A DNA stretch of 62,637 nt from Candidatus Nanopelagicales bacterium. Its GTDB lineage: Bacteria > Actinomycetota > Actinomycetes > S36-B12. The notes beneath the pieces were generated by a model. The model was not told the DNA's origin. It saw only the letters and a program-made list of their open reading frames with translations, and made no database searches. The first letter of the stretch is position 1; every line of letters starts with the position of its first letter. The stretch is from assembly GCA_023253325.1 (NCBI GenBank), contig JALRGY010000002.1, forward strand, positions 1 through 62,637. The letters are read 5' to 3'. The position numbers and the translations under genes are program-made. Below are positions 21,046 through 30,510 of the stretch, in pieces.

Positions 21046-22146
21046 ATGACCAAATCACTCATCGATGGCAAAGACTTCAAACTCGGACTCTTCTCGTCCA
21101 ACTGTTCCGGCGGAATGGCCGTGTCCAAAGCCCCTGACCGTTGGAGTGCTAGCTGGGATGACAATCTGCGCCTTGCTCAGATTGCCGATGAAGTAGGCAT
21201 TGACTTCCTCCTCCCTATTGCCCGCTGGATTGGATATGGAGGCGAGACAAATTTTCACGGTTCCGTGCTTGACCCAACCGTGTGGGCGGCCAGCCTCCTA
21301 GCCAACACCAAGCGAATCAGTGTTTTCGCGACGATTCACACGGCCTACAACCACCCCATCGTGGTGGCCAAGCAAATGGCCACCGTTGATCAAGTGGGCA
21401 AGGGTCGTGCCGGTCTCAATGTTGTCGCAGGCTGGAACAAGCCCGAGTACGACACCTTCGGCGTTGAACTTCCTGAGGATCACAACGATCGTTATGAATA
21501 TGCACAAGAATGGTTTGACATTGTTAAAAAGATTTGGACCACCGAAGGAACATTTGACTGGGACGGAAAATTCTTCCACCTGCAACACGTTGAGAGTTTG
21601 CCCAAGCCATATGACGGAATGATTCCAATCCTCAACGCCGGATCCTCGGCGCAGGGCCGAGGGTTTGCCGCCAAGAATGCGAACTTTGTGTTCACCATTG
21701 TCGGCGGTCCGGAGGATGGAGCCGAGGTTGTCAAGACGGTAACAACCCAAGCAAATGATGAATTCCACCGTGAGGCTGGCGTGTTTACGCTGGGGTATTG
21801 CGTGGTTCGTCCCACCGAAAAGGAAGCAAAGGACTTTTTGCACTACTACGCGGAGGAGAACGCTGACTGGGGCGCGGTTGACAACCTCATGACTTTGCAG
21901 GGGATGCACGCCCAATCCTTCACCCCGGAGATGCTGTCCATGTTCCGGGAACGATTCGCGGGTGGACATGGATCATGCCCCATTATTGGCACCCCTGACC
22001 AGGTGGCGGATGAAATCGAAAGGTTTGCCAGGGCGGGCTTTGGCGGCATGACATTGTCATTCTTCGACTACGCGGGTGAACTGCCATATTTCGCAGAAGA
22101 GGTGCTCCCCCGACTCGAAGCCAAAGGTGTTCGGCTACCCCGCTAG
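21046..22146 (+). CDS. LLM-class flavin-dependent monooxygenase (RutA/SfnG-like subgroup)
   Basis: N-terminus KLGLFSSNCSGGMAVSK and GLNVVAGWNKPEYDTFG resemble RutA/SfnG-type luciferase-like monooxygenases. 366 aa. Confidence 0.78.
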   Translation: MTKSLIDGKDFKLGLFSSNCSGGMAVSKAPDRWSASWDDNLRLAQIADEVGIDFLLPIARWIGYGGETNFHGSVLDPTVWAASLLANTKRISVFATIHTAYNHPIVVAKQMATVDQVGKGRAGLNVVAGWNKPEYDTFGVELPEDHNDRYEYAQEWFDIVKKIWTTEGTFDWDGKFFHLQHVESLPKPYDGMIPILNAGSSAQGRGFAAKNANFVFTIVGGPEDGAEVVKTVTTQANDEFHREAGVFTLGYCVVRPTEKEAKDFLHYYAEENADWGAVDNLMTLQGMHAQSFTPEMLSMFRERFAGGHGSCPIIGTPDQVADEIERFARAGFGGMTLSFFDYAGELPYFAEEVLPRLEAKGVRLPR

Positions 22147-22403
22147 TGAACCAACCACTAAAAGTGTCAATTGGGAGGCCTCCTTGCCGCTCAGCGCATA
22201 GAGTGAAACCAGCAAGTTTCACGCGCACCGCAAGGAGGTCTTCCGTGGCATTGAATGGGGCTGGAGATGCGCAAGTCGCCGAACCCAACCAGATTTTCAA
22301 CCTGACAAGTAATCGCGCGTCCGTCCTCCGCGATGAAGTCGCGGCACGAACTACACCACACGAAGTCTTGACCAAAGAATCATCCCTGGAAGGAAAAGTG
22401 GGC

Positions 22404-23228
22404 ATGGTCACCATGCCATCGTCACGTTTTGTATTCGTGCGCTACGGAGGGAATGTGGTTGTCGAGGCGCCTCCTACTGACGATCGCGTCGTCGCCACAA
22501 TTCCACTTGGCCCCATGGGTGTCAGCCATCGCACCCATGTGAAACCAACTTATTTCACTTCTGGCTTCCTACTTTCTCCCAATAACGTCACCGTCATGCG
22601 TCCTGATCCTTGGGCGGGTGCACTGATCATTGCCAGTGACGCTGAACAGTTAGACAACCAAAGAAGAAAAGTGTTGGGAGAGTCCTGTACATCAGCAATA
22701 AATTTTGCTGAAGACTCCAACGTTGGCACACAATGGCTCACTCACACATGCCGGACTTTATGGAATCTGGCATCCACCATTCCAAGTGAAACTCCAACAC
22801 AAGTCATGGACAAATTTTTGGGAGTCATGGAAGACAGTCTTCTCAATGCCTTGATCATGGCCACTGAGGATTCAAAAAACTTGGGTGCTGTAGAGAGCGT
22901 CAGAGCTCGCAACATTCAAGAATGGATCAATGCCCATCACCAGGAGCCACTCACCGTTGCCGACTTGGCGGCCGCGGTGGGATTGAGTGTCCGCCAACTG
23001 CAAGCATCTGTTCATCAACATTTTTCAGTCGGGCCCATGGAGCTACTGAGAGATATTCGACTCTCTAAATTACATAGCCTCCTGCGCTCATCAGACTCGG
23101 ATCAATCCACCGTGGCAACGTTGGCATACAGCGTTGGATTCACTCATCTGAGTCGGACTTCGCAGCTGTATCGGGCAAAATATGGTGAAAGTCCCTCGCA
23201 TACTCTCAAGAGAAGTGTGCATGGGTAG
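22404..23228 (+). CDS. AraC-family transcriptional regulator
   Basis: C-terminal double-HTH AraC signature (LTVADLAAAVGLSVRQLQ ... GFTHLSRTSQLYRAKYGESPS). The track ORF starts at 22146, but an ATG at 22404 gives a typical length of about 274 aa. Confidence 0.75.
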   Translation: MVTMPSSRFVFVRYGGNVVVEAPPTDDRVVATIPLGPMGVSHRTHVKPTYFTSGFLLSPNNVTVMRPDPWAGALIIASDAEQLDNQRRKVLGESCTSAINFAEDSNVGTQWLTHTCRTLWNLASTIPSETPTQVMDKFLGVMEDSLLNALIMATEDSKNLGAVESVRARNIQEWINAHHQEPLTVADLAAAVGLSVRQLQASVHQHFSVGPMELLRDIRLSKLHSLLRSSDSDQSTVATLAYSVGFTHLSRTSQLYRAKYGESPSHTLKRSVHG

Positions 23229-23835
23229 TTCACCAAAAATTGCAGTTATCTACTACTCCGCCACGGGAAATGTCGCAAACTTGGCTCACAATATTGCCCT
23301 CGGTGCTCAGAGTGTGGGCGCCCAGACACGGGTCTTACGAGTTCAGGAAACGGCCCCACCTGAAGCGATTGCAAGTAACGCCTCCTGGCAGCGCTTAGTG
23401 GAGCACAGTACAGATGATCTTGCTCAGCTACAGGACCTGGAATGGGCTGACGGAATTGCTTTGGGCTCTCCCACCCGATTCGGCGGACCAGCTAGCCAAT
23501 TAAAGGCTTTTCTTGATACAACAGGATCACTCTGGGATGCGGGTGCGTTGGCAAATAAAGTGGGCACCGCATTTACCAGCGCCTCCACTCAGCATGGTGG
23601 CCTTGAATCAACAATCCTTGCGATAAACAATATTTTTTATCACTGGGGAACTCTGATCATGCCACTTGGATATCCCAATGAACATGTTCGTAAACACAGC
23701 GGAAATCCCTATGGCGCATCGCATTTTGCTTCGAGCAGAAATGCAGAGGACACATCGCACATCAAGGCAGCATTTAGTCAAGGGGAACGATTAGCGCATG
23801 TGGCAGCCGCAGTCACGGGACTGGAAAGTTCATGA
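23221..23835 (+). CDS. wrbA: NAD(P)H:quinone oxidoreductase, WrbA-type flavodoxin-like protein
   Basis: KIAVIYYSATGN N-terminus, GSPTRFG motif, about 200 aa. The start overlaps the AraC stop (ATGGGTAG). Confidence 0.8.
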   Translation: MGSSPKIAVIYYSATGNVANLAHNIALGAQSVGAQTRVLRVQETAPPEAIASNASWQRLVEHSTDDLAQLQDLEWADGIALGSPTRFGGPASQLKAFLDTTGSLWDAGALANKVGTAFTSASTQHGGLESTILAINNIFYHWGTLIMPLGYPNEHVRKHSGNPYGASHFASSRNAEDTSHIKAAFSQGERLAHVAAAVTGLESS

Positions 23836-24413
23836 TTGATCCCATCAAAATTGTCGCCATTGGTGGGACAACTCGCCCAAATTCTTCAAGTGAGAAAGCC
23901 CTTCGCATCGCTGCGCGGGCGGCTCAGCACTCCGGTGCCCAGGTGTGTTTCATAACCGGCTCCGATTTGATCCTCCCCATATATGAGACTCAATCTAGTG
24001 ATCGTGATGAGCGAGCCATTCGTCTTGTGCAACAAGTCCGAGGTGCTGATGGCTTGCTGATTTCAAGCCCGGGATACCACGGCGGCATGAGCGGGCTCAT
24101 TAAGAATGCCATTGATTACCTGGAGGATCTCAGTGACGACGCTCGACCGTACCTTCATGGCCGAGCCGTAGGGTGCATCGCGAGTGCCTACGGGTGGCAA
24201 GCCTCTGTAACAACCTTGCACCAACTCCGCCAGGTCACGCATGCCCTTCGGGGCTGGCCAACTCCCATGGGCGGCGCCATAAACTCACAGGTAACGCAAT
24301 TTGACGAGTCGGGGCAATCCACCGATGTTGCCGCAATCTCAAATTTGGAGCTGATCGGCACCCAGGTGGTGGAATTTGCCCGCGCATTTCGCCAGCCCAC
24401 ACCACTGTCATAA
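23832..24413 (+). CDS. NADPH-dependent FMN reductase family protein
   Basis: KIVAIGGTTRPNSSSEKAL and SPGYHGGMSGLIKNAIDY motifs of the FMN_red family. 4-nt overlap with wrbA. Confidence 0.75.
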   Translation: MIDPIKIVAIGGTTRPNSSSEKALRIAARAAQHSGAQVCFITGSDLILPIYETQSSDRDERAIRLVQQVRGADGLLISSPGYHGGMSGLIKNAIDYLEDLSDDARPYLHGRAVGCIASAYGWQASVTTLHQLRQVTHALRGWPTPMGGAINSQVTQFDESGQSTDVAAISNLELIGTQVVEFARAFRQPTPLS

Positions 24414-24464
24414 ACGTTTCGAAGTTTCCCAATCAATAAAACTCGGACCCGCTAATCTGTCCAA

Positions 24465-25364
24465 GTGAGCGACAGGCTAAGCGTGACCACTCCGAGGGAT
24501 GATGCCCTTTCCGGGCGCAATGAGGTCCTGCTTCAACGGATTGCGCGCCCACAGTCGCTGATCTTTACCATTTATGGCGCCTATAGCCGCTCCCTCGGTG
24601 GATGGATGTCCGTCGGTGCATTGCTTGAATTGTTGCGGGAAATCGGAGTCGAGGACCCAGCAGTAAGAAGCGCCCTGTCCCGCTTTAAACGTCGAGGTGT
24701 GCTGATCTCCGAATCTCGAGATGGCTCAGCAGGCTATGCACTGAGTGAAAGCGCACGGCGCACTTTCGACATTGGTGACGCACGCGTCTTGGAGCGACGG
24801 GAGCCTCCTTCGAGCGACCGATGGGTTCTCATTGCCTTTTCCATTCCAGAAAAATCGCGGGATCTGAGATACCGTCTGCGATCACGGTTATCCCGAGTCG
24901 GCTTTGCACAGGTGACTGGCGGGCTTTGGATCGCACCCGAGGGGCTTGAAGTAGATGCTCGGCTGGTGATCGAATCCCTAGGTGTCAGCGAACATGTTGA
25001 TGTATTTCGCAGTGAACACGTTGCTTTCCGCAGCATGCCTGACGCGGTCGGTGAGTGGTGGGACCTCCAATCCATCGCAAATGAGTATCAGGATTTTTCT
25101 TCAACTTTTGCTGACCTCACAGAGGACTATAAATCTGGAAAAATAGAGATGACGCCCCTGCAGGCATTCATTGATTACACGCGTGTGCTCACCGCGTGGC
25201 GACCCCTGCCCTATCGAGATCCAGGGCTTCCTGCCGCGCATCTACCAATGGACTGGCCTGGAATCCAAGCCACTCAAATGTTTTTCAACTTTTACGACAT
25301 ACTCGGTGGCTTGGCGCAACAACATGTGATCGATGTTTGTTCAGCGCGAAATAGGCAGTCTTAA
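24465..25364 (+). CDS. PaaX-family transcriptional regulator
   Basis: N-terminal winged-helix region (RPQSLIFTIYGAY...VRSALSRFKRRGVL) and a C-terminal PaaX_C-like region (TAWRPLPYRDPGLP). GTG start. Confidence 0.7.
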   Translation: MSDRLSVTTPRDDALSGRNEVLLQRIARPQSLIFTIYGAYSRSLGGWMSVGALLELLREIGVEDPAVRSALSRFKRRGVLISESRDGSAGYALSESARRTFDIGDARVLERREPPSSDRWVLIAFSIPEKSRDLRYRLRSRLSRVGFAQVTGGLWIAPEGLEVDARLVIESLGVSEHVDVFRSEHVAFRSMPDAVGEWWDLQSIANEYQDFSSTFADLTEDYKSGKIEMTPLQAFIDYTRVLTAWRPLPYRDPGLPAAHLPMDWPGIQATQMFFNFYDILGGLAQQHVIDVCSARNRQS

Positions 25365-26911
25365 AAATCTGAAGTGGGCTGCCACTTCCCGTACACCTCG
25401 CGCAAAACGTTTGTGATCTCCCCTACCGTTGCATACTCTTTAACAGCGACCACAACCGCGGGAACGATATTAATTCCGGCTTGGGCCGCTAATAACAAAC
25501 TCTCGAGGGATTCAGTCACTTTATCCGTGTTTCTTTTTAACTTTATTTTCGCGAGGTCAGCGATTTGTCGTTGCTCGCTTTCCTTATCAATTTCAAAGAC
25601 CTCAAACCTCGCGGACTCTGACACAAAGGTATTAACACCAATAACTTTTTGATCACCTGAGTCAATGGCACGCGCAGTTTCGTAGGCGCTGTCTGAGAGT
25701 TTGGTGGCGAAATAGCCGGACTCGATGCAGGCAAGTGCTCCACCAAGTTCGGCGATCTTGTCCATCTCAGAAAAAATGGCGGCTTCGAGTTCGTCGGTCA
25801 GACTCTCGAGGAGTTCACTGCCGCCGAGAGGATCAACGAGTCCCGTGACACCTGTTTCAAAGGCAACAACCTGCTGTGTACGCAGGGCAAGCGTGGCAGC
25901 TGCTTCGGTGGGAACACCCAAGGCTTCATCGAACGCACAGACATGCATTGTTTGGCAACCACCCAATGCGGCGGCAAGTGCTTCAATTGAAGTGCGCACA
26001 ACGTTGTTCAGTGGTTGTTGGGCTGTCAAAGACGAGCCCGCAGTGAAGGCAAATATCCTCAGTTGCTCGGAGCGAGGATCTTGTGAGCCATAACTCTCAC
26101 GCATTAACTTTGCCCAGACTCGTCGAGCTGCGCGAAATTTTGCAACTTCAGGCATGAACTCCATATTGCTCGATAGAAACGTGAACAGCGTTGGTGCAAC
26201 GTCATCGACGGTCATACCGCGTTCGATGGCTGCGTCCATGTACGCCCGCGCGTTAGCAAAGGTGAAGGCAATTTCCTGAACGGCACTGGAACCTGACTCG
26301 CGAATGTGATAGCCGCTCATGGCGAGGGAGACCCATCGAGGAATTTTTGTGGCGACATGTTCAATAACATCGACTGACAGCTTCAGGCCCGCCGGAGCGG
26401 GGAAGATCTGAGTGCCGCGGGCAAAATACTCTTTAAGCACGTCATTTTGAATAAACATTCCGAATTTATTGGGATCCACTCCGCGCTTTTCAGCCAACGC
26501 TTCAAACATGGCCGCCCAGATGTAACCGATGGAGTTCGCAGTGGTTCGAACTTGGGTGATTTTCTCGAGTTCAATGCCATCCATCAAGATTTCAATGTCG
26601 GCCAAACTGTCAATGGCGACACCAACTTTGCCAACCTCCCCCGCCGCAAGAGGATTATCCGAGTCAAGTCCCATTTGTGTGGGGAGGTCAAGAGCGACAC
26701 TGAATCCCGTGAGACCTTGATCTAACAAAGAACGAAATCGAGCATTGGTTTCCTTGGCGGTTCCAAAGCCTGCATACTGCCCCATGGTCCACACTCCGGG
26801 ATCCGCACTAATTCCACGGGTGTAGGGGTAGGCGCCAGGAACCTCTTGGCTCTGTGAGTTACTCACTTTATTGACCCTTTCCACTTGTTTCTTCTGCGTT
26901 GAGTTCCTCAC
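25361..26911 (-). CDS. acyl-CoA mutase large (substrate-binding) subunit, methylmalonyl-/isobutyryl-CoA mutase family, without a B12-binding domain
   Basis: PGAYPYTRGI...QYAGFGTAKETNARFRSLLDQGLTGFSVALDLPTQMGLDSD is the hallmark N-terminal TIM-barrel signature. At 516 aa it ends before any DxHxxG cobalamin domain. Confidence 0.85.
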   Translation of the reverse strand: MRNSTQKKQVERVNKVSNSQSQEVPGAYPYTRGISADPGVWTMGQYAGFGTAKETNARFRSLLDQGLTGFSVALDLPTQMGLDSDNPLAAGEVGKVGVAIDSLADIEILMDGIELEKITQVRTTANSIGYIWAAMFEALAEKRGVDPNKFGMFIQNDVLKEYFARGTQIFPAPAGLKLSVDVIEHVATKIPRWVSLAMSGYHIRESGSSAVQEIAFTFANARAYMDAAIERGMTVDDVAPTLFTFLSSNMEFMPEVAKFRAARRVWAKLMRESYGSQDPRSEQLRIFAFTAGSSLTAQQPLNNVVRTSIEALAAALGGCQTMHVCAFDEALGVPTEAAATLALRTQQVVAFETGVTGLVDPLGGSELLESLTDELEAAIFSEMDKIAELGGALACIESGYFATKLSDSAYETARAIDSGDQKVIGVNTFVSESARFEVFEIDKESEQRQIADLAKIKLKRNTDKVTESLESLLLAAQAGINIVPAVVVAVKEYATVGEITNVLREVYGKWQPTSDF

Positions 26912-28430
26912 GCAAAACCTTTTTTGCGATTTTCCCCGTTGAGTTCAGCGGAAATTCGGTCACAATGCGAACATCTTTTGGTTTTTTATATGACGCTAGG
27001 TTCGCTTTGCAATGCTCAAGAATTGAATCGATACTCGTATCAGCCCCATCGCGCAGTGTCACAAGTGCGGTGACGTGCTGCCCCCAGTCCGAGTCATTTA
27101 CTCCGACGACAGCAACTTCGTGGACGCCGGGGACTTCAGCGATGGTGTCTTCGATTTCACGAGGGTAGATGTTGTAGCCACCTGAAATAATCATGTCACC
27201 TTTACGGTCTACCAAGAAAAGGTAGTCATCAGCATCAAGGCGGCCAAGATCACCGGTGTGAAGCCAGCCATCGCGCACCGCCTTGGTCACCGTGTTGTCT
27301 TGTCCAGCTTGACCGTAGTACCCGCGCATGACGTGATCGCCTCGAGTAATTACCTCACCGATTTCTCCTGAAGGTACGTCATTGCCTTGTTCATCGACAA
27401 TGCGTACTTCAACTCCATTACACGGATTGCCAGCGCTGGTGAGTAATTCGGGTTCACCAAAAATTCCGCGTCGGTGCTCTTCGGGTCCAAGTACAGTGAC
27501 CGGTGGAATGGCCTCAACTAACCCGTAATACTGACTCATGTTGACGGTAATTCGTTCATAACAATCCTTGATTTGTTCGGGCGGCATTGGTGCCCCCGCA
27601 TATCCCATGATTTCAAGATTCTTCATGCGCTCACGGGATATGTCCGGCATCGCGAGAAGTCGTGCCACCATGGTCGGGACAAGTGCCGTTCCATTCGCTC
27701 CACGGTTTTCAATGGCATCCACCAAGTCTTCGGGGTCGTACTTAGCTTGAACAATTTGCTTGGCACCGAATGTGAAATAAGGCAAGACAAACAAGCCTGT
27801 TGTATGTGTAACCGGTCCCGCGTGAACCCAAGTGCTGTTTTCATTGGGAACTTTGCCTAAAAAGTCTGTAACTATGTTGTGCAAACTCGCCATTCTGTTG
27901 CGGTGTGTGCGGATCGCCCCTTTGGGGTTGCCCGTTGTCCCACTTGAGTAGTTCAACGAGACCAACGCATCCGGGTCAACAGAAAGTAGCAGTGGTTCGG
28001 GAGACTGTGCCGCGAGAAAGCGTTCATATTCTGTGCTCTGGCCCGGATCTCCATTGATAACAATGACGTGATCCACCATCGATCGTATTTCGGCGGTCTG
28101 ATCCCAAAATTTAACATCAAGAATGAGTACCTTGGGCGTGCAGTCATTTGTGATTCTGACCCAGTCAGTTGGATGAAGACGGTAGTTGAGCGCCACGCGA
28201 CACAAGCCAGCTGTGCTGATGCCTAGGTCAGTTTCAATGTATGTGTTCTGATTGGACTGTAAATCCAAAACCCGATCGCCCGTCTCGAGTCCCAATGCAC
28301 GCAAGCCACGAGCAAGCTGCATTACTCGCGCTCCCGTTTGACCATAGGAGCTTTCACCCTCAGGACCAATAAGGGCAATGCGATCTCGGTACCTTTGCAT
28401 TGAGCGTGCAACGAGTCGACCAACATCCAT
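26868..28430 (-). CDS. AMP-forming acyl/aryl-CoA ligase (class I adenylate-forming enzyme)
   Basis: YSSGTTGNPKG (A3), GYGLVE-like, TGDLG, and IISGGYNIYPREIE motifs, with a C-terminal GKIAKK lysine. Confidence 0.85.
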   Translation of the reverse strand: MDVGRLVARSMQRYRDRIALIGPEGESSYGQTGARVMQLARGLRALGLETGDRVLDLQSNQNTYIETDLGISTAGLCRVALNYRLHPTDWVRITNDCTPKVLILDVKFWDQTAEIRSMVDHVIVINGDPGQSTEYERFLAAQSPEPLLLSVDPDALVSLNYSSGTTGNPKGAIRTHRNRMASLHNIVTDFLGKVPNENSTWVHAGPVTHTTGLFVLPYFTFGAKQIVQAKYDPEDLVDAIENRGANGTALVPTMVARLLAMPDISRERMKNLEIMGYAGAPMPPEQIKDCYERITVNMSQYYGLVEAIPPVTVLGPEEHRRGIFGEPELLTSAGNPCNGVEVRIVDEQGNDVPSGEIGEVITRGDHVMRGYYGQAGQDNTVTKAVRDGWLHTGDLGRLDADDYLFLVDRKGDMIISGGYNIYPREIEDTIAEVPGVHEVAVVGVNDSDWGQHVTALVTLRDGADTSIDSILEHCKANLASYKKPKDVRIVTEFPLNSTGKIAKKVLREELNAEETSGKGQ

Positions 28431-28458
28431 TGTGGTGCCTCCTAATTAGTTTGATTGT

Positions 28459-30510
28459 CTAGTCAGTGGGGGGTGAAACATACGCTGCATCGAGGACCCA
28501 ACAGCCGCGCTCAAGAACGGTCACCGGATTTATGTCTAATTCACAACCAGTTGGCCAATTTCTCACACCGTGCGCAAGGGTCTCAATAAATGTGACCAAA
28601 GCCTTGCGGTCTGATGGTTGGGTGCCTCGTGCACCTGCGAGTAATTGCTCAAGCGCGGTCTCAGAAATCATCTGCTCAATATCAACTCGATCTACAGGGA
28701 GCAGACGCACCGAAGCACTCGCCACAATCTCCGTCAAAACCCCGCCAACCCCCACCGTGAGCACCGGTCCCATGGAGCTCCCGCTGATTCCAACCAGGAC
28801 TTCAATTCCCCCGGGAACAAACCTTTCAACGAGCACATCACCACCCATGGCTTTCAGTGTGGTGAAGGTTTTCACGGCTTGATCAGTTGTTACATCAAGC
28901 ACCACTCCGCCTGCATCGGACTTGTGAAGCAGTCCTGGAACGATGGCCTTGAAAACTGCCCTGCCGCCAACGTTGTCAACGGCGTCGAGGACCTGTGCAG
29001 ACTCACTGACAAGAATTGATTCAGGGATGGGTAATCCTGAGGATGCGAGTAATTCCTTTAATTCCTTTTCCGATGCACCTGGTGAAGGGGTGGGAATCTC
29101 GGAAGGAGAGGCTACATCGAATGCACGATCAACTCTCGTGTTCACGGTGACGAGGGCGCGCAGGGCAGCCACAGCCCGTTCGGGGGTTGGATACACAGGG
29201 ACACCTGCTCTTTTGAGCACTTCAGCGCCCTCGGGCGCAAGTGCAGCCGCGCCCGTGCGAACCGCCGCCACGGGAAGACCAGTTCGTACCCGCACTTCAT
29301 GTAGGGCGGTCGCAATTCTGTCAACATCCTTGCCCACCAACACTGCAAAGCAAGCGACGATTGCATTCACCGCTGGATCGTCAGCCAACCGATCAACACA
29401 ACGTTCAAATAAGCCTGGTTCAGCCATCACCGCAGCAGTGACATCGACCGGGTTCGTAGCATTGCCATAACTGGGAACAATCTGTTCTAGGTCGGACACT
29501 GTGGATTGATCAAGATTGGCAAGGACCAAACCTTCTTTTTCGATTGCATCGACGGCGAGGATTCCACTTCCCCCGGATGTAGTGACGATGCCAACCCCTG
29601 AGCCACCGATGGCTCTCTCCGATGCAAACAGGGAAGCGACATCGAGCAACTCATCAATGTTGTCGACTCTAGCTATGCCATATTGTTTTAATCCTGCGCT
29701 CACCACTTTGTCTGGCGACGCCAACGCTCCAGTGTGCGAAGCCGCGGCCTCCGCTCCCGCCGCACTGCGCCCAGCTTTAAGGATTGCTATTGGTTTGGTT
29801 GCCGCAACCTGCGCTAATAAATCCAGATTTCCCAATGACTCAACGTACATAACAACAGCATCGACACCAGGGTCCTGCGCAAGTTGCACAGCAACTTCAG
29901 TAGCTGTGACATCTGCTTCGTTGCCGGTTGTGATGGCGATCCCAGTGGGGACACCACGTTCAAGACCAAGGGACAGTGCTCCAAAACCAAGGGCACCCGA
30001 TTGGCTCACTAACGCAATGCGTCCGTTAGGTAACGGGGTTGCTTCGGATGAAAAGACTGGGCTAAACGTTGCCATCACTTTATGGGCGCCGCCCACTGAC
30101 CCGATGCAGTTTGGCCCGACAATTCGCATTCCCTTGGTTCGGGCGATATCGACCAATTCCTGTTGTGCGGCAGCGCCTTTTTCATCAACCTCAGCGAAAC
30201 CTGAAGACATGACGATAGCCACATTCACACCAGCGTCCGCGCAATCCCGCACGGCATCTTTGACGTGTTGAGCTGGCACCATAATGAGGGCAAGGTCAAT
30301 ATGTTGTGGAACAGATGCCATGGAGGGGAATGCCTCCATACCGAAAATCTCTCCGCCCTTTGGGTTCACGGGCGCAATGAATCCATCAAAACCATGTTTG
30401 ATCAAGTACTCGAGCGGCAAGCGGCCCATTGCGCCGACGCGCTCCGTCGCCCCGATGACGGCGATGGATGTCGCCGCCCACAGGGGACGCAGATCAAGGT
30501 GTGATGTCAC
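28459..30510 (-). CDS. ADP-forming (NDP-forming) acyl-CoA synthetase, fused CoA-binding/ligase and ATP-grasp domains
   Basis: 683 aa. N-terminal IAVIGATER...VNPKGGEI (CoA_binding), SQSGALG and catalytic-His-region AASHTGALA, and a C-terminal ATP-grasp-like region. Confidence 0.8.
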   Translation of the reverse strand: MTSHLDLRPLWAATSIAVIGATERVGAMGRLPLEYLIKHGFDGFIAPVNPKGGEIFGMEAFPSMASVPQHIDLALIMVPAQHVKDAVRDCADAGVNVAIVMSSGFAEVDEKGAAAQQELVDIARTKGMRIVGPNCIGSVGGAHKVMATFSPVFSSEATPLPNGRIALVSQSGALGFGALSLGLERGVPTGIAITTGNEADVTATEVAVQLAQDPGVDAVVMYVESLGNLDLLAQVAATKPIAILKAGRSAAGAEAAASHTGALASPDKVVSAGLKQYGIARVDNIDELLDVASLFASERAIGGSGVGIVTTSGGSGILAVDAIEKEGLVLANLDQSTVSDLEQIVPSYGNATNPVDVTAAVMAEPGLFERCVDRLADDPAVNAIVACFAVLVGKDVDRIATALHEVRVRTGLPVAAVRTGAAALAPEGAEVLKRAGVPVYPTPERAVAALRALVTVNTRVDRAFDVASPSEIPTPSPGASEKELKELLASSGLPIPESILVSESAQVLDAVDNVGGRAVFKAIVPGLLHKSDAGGVVLDVTTDQAVKTFTTLKAMGGDVLVERFVPGGIEVLVGISGSSMGPVLTVGVGGVLTEIVASASVRLLPVDRVDIEQMISETALEQLLAGARGTQPSDRKALVTFIETLAHGVRNWPTGCELDINPVTVLERGCWVLDAAYVSPPTD

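Noticed and set aside
21298-21969. 223-aa ORF on the minus strand
   Set aside because: It is antisense to the LLM monooxygenase, which carries strong family motifs on the plus strand.
22146-22403. N-terminal 86 codons of the AraC-family ORF
   Set aside because: This Arg/Ser/Ala-rich extension starts inside the stop region of the LLM gene. An internal ATG at 22404 yields a standard-length AraC protein. The longer form cannot be excluded without expression data.
29516-30271. 251-aa (and 28943-29470, 175-aa) ORFs on the plus strand
   Set aside because: Both are antisense to the ADP-forming acyl-CoA synthetase. They are Ala/Ser/Pro/Thr-rich shadow frames.
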